Shown: positions 56,201 through 58,150 of the stretch, one piece after another
Layout: the number at the start of each line of letters is the position of its first letter
Numbering within the stretch: the stretch's first letter is position 1
Virus record (IMG/VR): IMGVR_UViG_3300026897_000030
Location: 1 to 58,150 of that record
From: a virus
Lineage: Duplodnaviria; Caudoviricetes
DNA length: 58,150 nt
Strand: one strand, 5' to 3'
Position numbers and translations under genes: made by a program
Notes under the pieces: generated by a model
The model's input: the letters and a program-made list of their open reading frames with translations, nothing else
What the model was told of the DNA's origin: nothing
Databases searched by the model: none

Positions 56201-57112
56201 GCCGTCCGCAACGAGAACGAGGGCGACCGCGCTGAGGCGCTCAAGACGCTGGGCTTCATCAGCGCCACCCACGTCGCCATGGCCGGCGCGCTGGGCCTGC
56301 CGACCGAGCCGTTCAAATACCTGCTGATGGGTGCCTATGCGGTGGGGCTGCCGGTGCCGTCGTGGAATGACGTCGAGCACGGTGCGCGCGAGATGGCGGC
56401 TTCGGTGTTCGGCAACACCATGGGCGAGGTGGTTACCCGCGGAGTTACCCGAGCGATCCCCGGTGGCTTCGGGTTCGACCTGTCCGGACGTATGGGGCTC
56501 GACTCGCTGATCACGTTCGGCGAGCCGCGGACCCAGGACGAGCAGGGGGTCTGGGCCTATCTCGGCAAGACGGTGGCGGGCGCGCCGGCGGCGCTTGTGG
56601 GCGACTGGCTCAAAGGCGCCTATGCGCTCGGCAGCGGGGAGTTCGCAAAGGCGGCGGAGCTGATGGTGCCGATGAAGTTCGCTGCCGACTCGATCGGCGC
56701 ATACCGTAAAGCGACCGAGGGCAAGAAGTCGGCAACGTCGGGCCGGGAGACCATGAGCCCGTACACGGCGCAGGAGGTCGGGCTACGTGCGCTTGGCTTT
56801 ACGCCCCGCCGCGAGGCTGAGAACAACGACAAGCGGTCGGCATTCTACTCGAAGCAGAAGTCGAACAAAGACGAACGCAGCGCCATGATGCGCAAGTGGA
56901 TCGACGCGCGCCCGGCGGACAAGGCAAAGGCGTTCCGTGAGATCCAGAAGTGGAATGCCGGCAAGCCGAAGGAGTCGCAGATCACCATCAAGCAGCTCAC
57001 CGACAGCGCGAAGCGCCGTGCCGACGATGCACGTAAGGCGGTGAACGGCATCGTGCCACGCAAGGGTGAGCAGGATCTTCTGAACCGGACCAGCGTCTAC
57101 AACGCGAACTAA
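50249..57112 (+). CDS. Large polyvalent ejection protein (inorganic-pyrophosphatase-like domain, zincin metallopeptidase, PLxRFG-like domain)
   Basis: PTEAQK.AGNY.KGH...IENP.G..R...HYGYI..T.GADGD.VD...FDEHK; HEGVH plus EFIAEAFSNP.FQ; PYFPLMRRG. Confidence 0.85.
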   Translation: MAEWSPSKVSSEEEDRSEEAGVGYADWASSIGVGAAQTNKMLSSAARWLAEYRGDEASEKRWKAEAELADMTREDRVAGMSEIGRRRLQAAVTSEEFWKAPGSATILKALNMTPQLAASVVPAVMFPGAGGLVGAAAIGGGMTAADVVDNIYEKVDNATDDDLKNASPFYAELREMGLDETAARRKYTATIRGYKPAVAFAVGALTAATGVAGQASRVAGGGAAALTGAGRGRLANAARAAGEGAASEFVEEGTGNALTQTALMEGGLQKEFNTREFIDASLEGALLGGVLGGGVGALSKGASSKQATAPEIEVVEPNTPNAAEAEALKASSPPPAAQPTPDPIAPEATPETGLEPTNEASMAPATELASPPIQPDIAPAGVPDAPAAAVDSAPAIPDAQAETVSQPAGTLDAPTADVTPRGNIAPEVAAPIAAPEVAPAPAEKAPKAAKAKRASKKLAEQKVAPAPAVAPAPAPVAATEGPRVLQVTTPEVEAATKAANEKIAQNIAQTEKELAGPQGEKMGKAKRAKKDADAQAAKQIFDESPSELKYPETKEAKATLKSELAAILEKAKAADIKIPTKVGYETTADHIVWLREVQTLHDKLGSKSFVGSRARDHITAFLARTAAAKGGDFSVMRSERRTEGEAAKRRDQGSVEAKAAPTTPTEAPTGDFVEMPQEATKLEADAVSTSVGKSARGAVRGLDDAAEEREVRTKDGKVEKVEGAKAASKGKVLSAEEKAEIARKLGLPVTPPERQTPVDKRKALDAVPETAGMAFNRAARQADTNPTEAQKKAGNYAKGHVRVQGLDIAIENPQGTLRRGKDRGGKEWSVRMPAHYGYIKRTAGADGDQVDIYVGPARDSDRVFVIDQVDTNTRAFDEHKAMVGFRDADHARSTYVRGFSDGLGHKRIGAITEMSMDEFKLWLKNSDTKKPLRDDTVGTRELSDQQIFDELDRLSASFEAMTDDQTLSEHEKAKKYARMATTLGEALGAAESDMTAELRNEAGAQWRLMEALYPQLRKKVASVAGDVPVYLLDPEDYARVVGQDFAGSSGVYVGKEHFIALNNKDTSGAGLAHVVLHEGVHAAFMNATWSNDKLRGMVYMMAQEAYAAADENTRKMYGFTNPDEFIAEAFSNPNFQMHLARVQASPELIKRAGLDTGRWSMWDAFLSLVARALGLPHVHKTLLHAVMRVGARLEAEAIINTGALTDEQAIGRNAELWAIPFVDRGAPNVTAALNSVQAHLGETVGELLKRPEMQEQRATPLLMKLRTMDQIAQVAGRYFRGNNPVRKIADIIEKRRIAAHSHLMKSEKVVAKLFELERKYDKVVIGKDKDGNDITQWEEFTSLVHDETMANVFADRDLKANKHLGKDTLSSTWSKAQHAALRARWAKLPADLKQARVEAMQFFTDQQNEMSLGIIKNRVLAALGIKDDALALRIHTDTLTPADEATLGDSLKVIQQAKELAKIKGPYFPLMRRGEHVVRATYKVTPPGNQPAGVRFTQSAPNVFEFSIDPAAAKSTKISVRRAARAWAASQKIRADVRSVWVDRNTGSEWVKDPTTGKDMRITSKDIDAEQRYRVTVQDEHVEFFETKNEALRAAADLEASGEFAEVKGVEPRKYESAGRQGDMLSGQMRQLVDSLKKRKGYRGMTQAQQHELIRALNEASIRFLGSTRIQSKHLPRRYVAGASSDLTQNSLEYAASTANYLAKLEHMPELYKAMQEMDDALDADKNKEASYGRRAIANEIHERVESETGFTENDKFSGVTKRLMTVSFLDKLFSPAYNIINSLQPTMVTYPVLAARYGAGRTFEVMSKAYSDIAAFDVVKKGLKNTVARAKGDINPSDFISDLKAKMKTPGERQMIDYLLERGAIDPDSGLELAQFIKAKKGALGKFDKGVSYMEGIAREMPRAIETINRAVTALAAYRLEMQRTGDQQRAMERAQEVVNNTQGLYSNTNAAPIFNHPLGKLSLQFKKYGQMMYYLLGQQIGKAVRNENEGDRAEALKTLGFISATHVAMAGALGLPTEPFKYLLMGAYAVGLPVPSWNDVEHGAREMAASVFGNTMGEVVTRGVTRAIPGGFGFDLSGRMGLDSLITFGEPRTQDEQGVWAYLGKTVAGAPAALVGDWLKGAYALGSGEFAKAAELMVPMKFAADSIGAYRKATEGKKSATSGRETMSPYTAQEVGLRALGFTPRREAENNDKRSAFYSKQKSNKDERSAMMRKWIDARPADKAKAFREIQKWNAGKPKESQITIKQLTDSAKRRADDARKAVNGIVPRKGEQDLLNRTSVYNAN

Positions 57113-57190
57113 ACAAGTTCAGAGCATATGTAACGACCAAGACACGCTCGCTGTGTAAGGGCATAGACCTATTACCCAGAGAGGTAACTC

Positions 57191-57655
57191 GTGCGAGACC
57201 ATGCCGAGTATGTAGCGAAGTTGAAGGCTGAACGGGCAGCGCGCAAACGGGCCAAGGAAAAGGCACGGGAACAGTGCCCAAAAAGAAAGGAACAGCAACG
57301 CCTCGCTGCAAGACACCGGCGCGCCTCTCATCCAGAAAAATATCGAGAACGTGAACGCGAGTATCGACGAAACAATTTAAGCCGCGAACGAAACACTTAC
57401 CTCAAATACGCCTATGGCATCACACTTCAACAGCGTGATGAGTTGTTGGCCAAACAGGGTGGGTGTTGTGCGATCTGCAAGACAGCAGCCCCTGGCACGT
57501 GCGATTGGCACACAGACCACTGTCACCTGACAAACAAAATACGCGGCATCCTTTGCAGTCATTGTAACCGCATGCTCGGTTATGCCCGCGACAACTTCAC
57601 CATCTTACGAACAGCAGCAACCTATCTGGAGGCCAACAATGGCAAAGAAACCTGA
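57191..57655 (+). CDS. Endonuclease VII-type HNH endonuclease (copy 6)
   Basis: YGIT...QGGCCAIC...WHTDHCH...IRGILCSHCN..LG. Confidence 0.9.
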   Translation: MRDHAEYVAKLKAERAARKRAKEKAREQCPKRKEQQRLAARHRRASHPEKYREREREYRRNNLSRERNTYLKYAYGITLQQRDELLAKQGGCCAICKTAAPGTCDWHTDHCHLTNKIRGILCSHCNRMLGYARDNFTILRTAATYLEANNGKET

Positions 57656-57923
57656 AGGCGTACGTGACCCTTCGTCACACAGGACACCCGAACAAGTAAG
57701 GAAACAAGTGCGTGGATATAATGCTCGCCCAGAAGTCCAGGCGCGCCGCGTTAAGCAGAACGCAGCTAGGCGTGAAATGGAAAAAGAGGGCAAGGTCCAT
57801 AAGGGGGATGGGCGTGATGTGGATCACAAGCGGCCCTTGCACAAAGGGGGTAGCACTGACCGATCGAACCTGCGCGTCGTGTCAGCGTCCCGCAACCGCG
57901 GTTGGGCTGACGGTAAGGTTTAG
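57639..57923 (+). CDS. Small HNH endonuclease-like protein
   Basis: R..QNAARR...G.V.KGDGRDVDHKRPL.KGG...SNLRV.S.S.NR. Confidence 0.8.
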   Translation: MAKKPEGVRDPSSHRTPEQVRKQVRGYNARPEVQARRVKQNAARREMEKEGKVHKGDGRDVDHKRPLHKGGSTDRSNLRVVSASRNRGWADGKV

Positions 57924-58150
57924 TTTTTGGGCTTGTCCTTGATGTGCCGGCCGAACTCGTTCCAGCCCATGGCTGACTTGGGTTCGGTGTCGAGACCCGC
58001 TTGAGACGCCGGTCGTGAACCACGTTCGATGAAGAAGCCAGTGGGTTCTGGCTTACCGCCCACCAGCGCATATGCGCCAACGCTGACAGCCACGACAAGG
58101 CACACCAGCGCACCGGCTGCCGCGAGACGATTTTTGATGAGTCTGTCCAT
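57920..58150 (-). CDS. Small membrane/exported protein, possibly 5'-incomplete
   Basis: Hydrophobic LAAAGALVCLVVAVSVGAYALVG; ATG at the window edge. Confidence 0.45.
   Translation of the reverse strand: MDRLIKNRLAAAGALVCLVVAVSVGAYALVGGKPEPTGFFIERGSRPASQAGLDTEPKSAMGWNEFGRHIKDKPKN

Larger units (their letters stand above)
1048..57188. repeat. Dispersed 18-bp palindrome GTWACC-N6-GGTWAC (at least 39 perfect and about 13 one-mismatch copies)
   Basis: Read directly from the sequence; coordinates listed in the findings. Confidence 0.95.
410..58150. mobile_element. Temperate podovirus-like prophage integrated at tRNA-Leu(GAG); probably replication-defective; right end outside the window
   Basis: Tyrosine integrase and excisionase next to the tRNA 3' end, then replication, terminase, portal, capsid, tail nozzle, lysis and ejection genes; no tape measure or sheath; no second copy of the tRNA 3' end seen; left boundary approximate. 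Confidence 0.95.

Noticed and set aside
53639-56380. Long antisense ORFs (913 aa here; also 3091-4308 and 13541-14758)
   Set aside because: Shadow ORFs opposite strongly GC3-biased real genes, with no recognisable domains
20221-57124. Identical 15-mer CTAAACAAGTTCAGA at 20221 and 57110
   Set aside because: Only two copies; about one such match is expected by chance in 58 kb
1048-57188. Palindromes as integron attC, lox/dif-type recombination sites or CRISPR repeats
   Set aside because: Arms are only 6 bp, spacers differ between copies, spacing is irregular, and no integron integrase or cas genes are present
1048-57188. Palindrome as a simple RNA hairpin or a stop-codon plus RBS by-product
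   Set aside because: W positions often mismatch in a stem, and copies occur inside CDSs and between convergent genes where no RBS is needed
444-58150. attR direct repeat of the tRNA 3' end
   Set aside because: Not found by eye; the prophage probably continues past the window, so claims about missing genes such as CI are provisional

Overview
The first ~450 bp are host chromosome: a stand-alone FliM/FliN-type gene and tRNA-Leu(GAG), with LexA/IHF motifs consistent with an alphaproteobacterium. Everything after that (~57.7 kb) is a temperate podovirus-like prophage integrated at the tRNA 3' end; attR lies beyond the window. The left arm (minus strand) holds int/xis, regulators, primase-helicase, SSB-like protein, SNF2 helicase and DNA polymerase remnants joined by a deletion, a MoxR ATPase/vWA-metallopeptidase pair, a DUF5664 nucleotidase and many small early genes. 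An AT-rich control region follows. The right arm holds small genes, a reversed terminase pair, portal, scaffold, capsid, tail and fibre genes, lysis genes, ejection proteins and a 2287-aa polyvalent protein. Six endonuclease VII-type HNH genes are scattered throughout. The main unexplained signal is a genome-wide DNA code. First, an 18-bp palindrome GTWACC-N6-GGTWAC occurs at least 39 times perfectly and about 13 times with one mismatch, mostly at gene junctions but also inside CDSs. Second, a polar 9-mer TGAGTGCGC occurs 15 times, always in one orientation and only in the early arm. No CI-type repressor is visible in the window, and a host LexA box sits directly on the regulator-xis-int operon. 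Other candidates are an integrase-arm-domain/HNH fusion and two structured ncRNA regions. Motif counts were made by eye, and protein calls come from recognised motifs rather than database searches.
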